Part shown: positions 62,980 to 64,000 of the stretch, piece by piece
Numbering within the stretch: position 1 is the first letter of the stretch
How the letters are laid out: each line of letters begins with the position of its first letter
Assembly: GCF_009914755.1 (NCBI RefSeq)
Contig: NC_060932.1
Source of the DNA: the human T2T-CHM13v2.0 reference genome, Homo sapiens
Length of the DNA stretch: 64,000 nucleotides
Reading direction: 5' to 3' (one strand)
The notes under the pieces: generated by a model
What the model saw: the letters and a program-made list of their open reading frames with translations, nothing else
Database searches by the model: none
Told to the model about the DNA's origin: nothing
Made by a program: the position numbers and the translations under genes

Positions 62980-63200
62980 AGAGCCTTGGTTTGAAAGCTA
63001 AGAAACCTGGTTCTAATCTAAGCTTTCATTAACTAGCCTTGTGACCAAGTGAGATGAAAATAACATGGCTAATCTCTCTATGGCTCTGTTTTCATATCTG
63101 CCCTGACCACCTTCCAAGTTGCTGGATGACCAGATAAAATGGCTGAAGTGAAAGAAATCTGAAAAGTCAAATGTTCAACAAATGTAAGGTGGTTTTAAAT
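62980..63200 (+). mobile_element. MIR fragment
   Basis: agagccttggtttgaaagctaagaaacctggttctaatc...tctctatggctctgttttcatatctg. Confidence 0.55.
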
Positions 63201-64000
63201 GAATTTGTATATGTTGACGCACACAGACAAATGTACTATGACTCTTGATGCATATAAACTCTCTCACCCAACAAGACCCATGGAGACACCCAGTATTAAC
63301 AGCTCCAGTAACCAGCAAGTGCTTGGAACGCTGTATTCAACAAACAAATGCTACTTTCCATTTGGAGGAAACAATAGGATAAATAGCGCAATCTGTGGAT
63401 AATTTGAGCCATTCCATTTCCTTCCTGTGGCCTTTTTAAGCAAAAGGTCAGGTCTATTTTGAAAAGCAACTTACAAATTACAAAGCTCACCTTCTCTTTC
63501 TTGCCCAGACCTCATTTTCCTTTCTCACATGGAATTTTTTGCTTCCACTCCTAGTTCCCCAGGAAGCTGGTCCAAGAGTGGTTAAGATGAGAACAGGACA
63601 TGGATCAGAATCAGAATCAGATGGTAGAATCAAATTGCTAGAGGGGTTCTGGCCAATGTTCCTCACAAAGGGCTAGTTTCTGGTTACAATGATGTGTGAC
63701 AAATGCAAACACTTGAATACCTATGAATGAGGGAATGAATTCTGCAGAATACTCCTTCAGCTACAGAGATACAAGAATCCACTCTTCATCAGAGGAGGAG
63801 CTGCTGAAGTATATTGTGGGGGTCTACAGAAGTGCTATCCAAGAAGCACTGGCAGTCATTCTGAACCCACAAGAAGTCTTCCCTTAGCAGGGAAGCTTCA
63901 AGGCAAGAAGAGAAATGCTGAGCGTGAGCCTCATCAGTGGTCACACAGAGTCCAATGAACAGCCCGTGTCAACAGCTCACCACCTCTCCTGGGCACTGTG

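Overview
This is human/primate genomic DNA (Alu, L1, MIR, L2 and MaLR rich) containing nearly all of DNAJC5B (cysteine string protein beta) on the + strand. I reconstructed a probable 124-nt 5'UTR exon (5175-5298) and four coding exons (13234-13352, 38346-38559, 42063-42234, 61628-61722). They splice in phase to a 600-nt ORF and a 199-aa protein with a J-domain (HPD), a cysteine string and a C-terminal tail, followed by a 3'UTR with several poly(A) signals. The first exon and promoter appear to lie upstream of the window. Most of the rest is intronic repeats, including a full-length THE1 element with two LTRs, an L1PA nested in an older L1, and Tigger3 and Zaphod/MER115 DNA transposon fossils. 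Almost all ORF-track entries are repeat or chance ORFs. I found no evidence of a wholly new multi-gene system. The best leads are regulatory: (1) three upstream ATGs plus three tandem splice acceptors just before the start codon; (2) possible truncated isoforms at the weak exon 4 and exon 5 donors; (3) a CpG-dense exon 4; (4) a DUX4 motif found only in the THE1 5' LTR; (5) an interlocked double palindrome. Exon numbers assume exon 1 is outside the window. Repeat subfamily calls are from recalled consensus features, not an alignment, and their boundaries are approximate.
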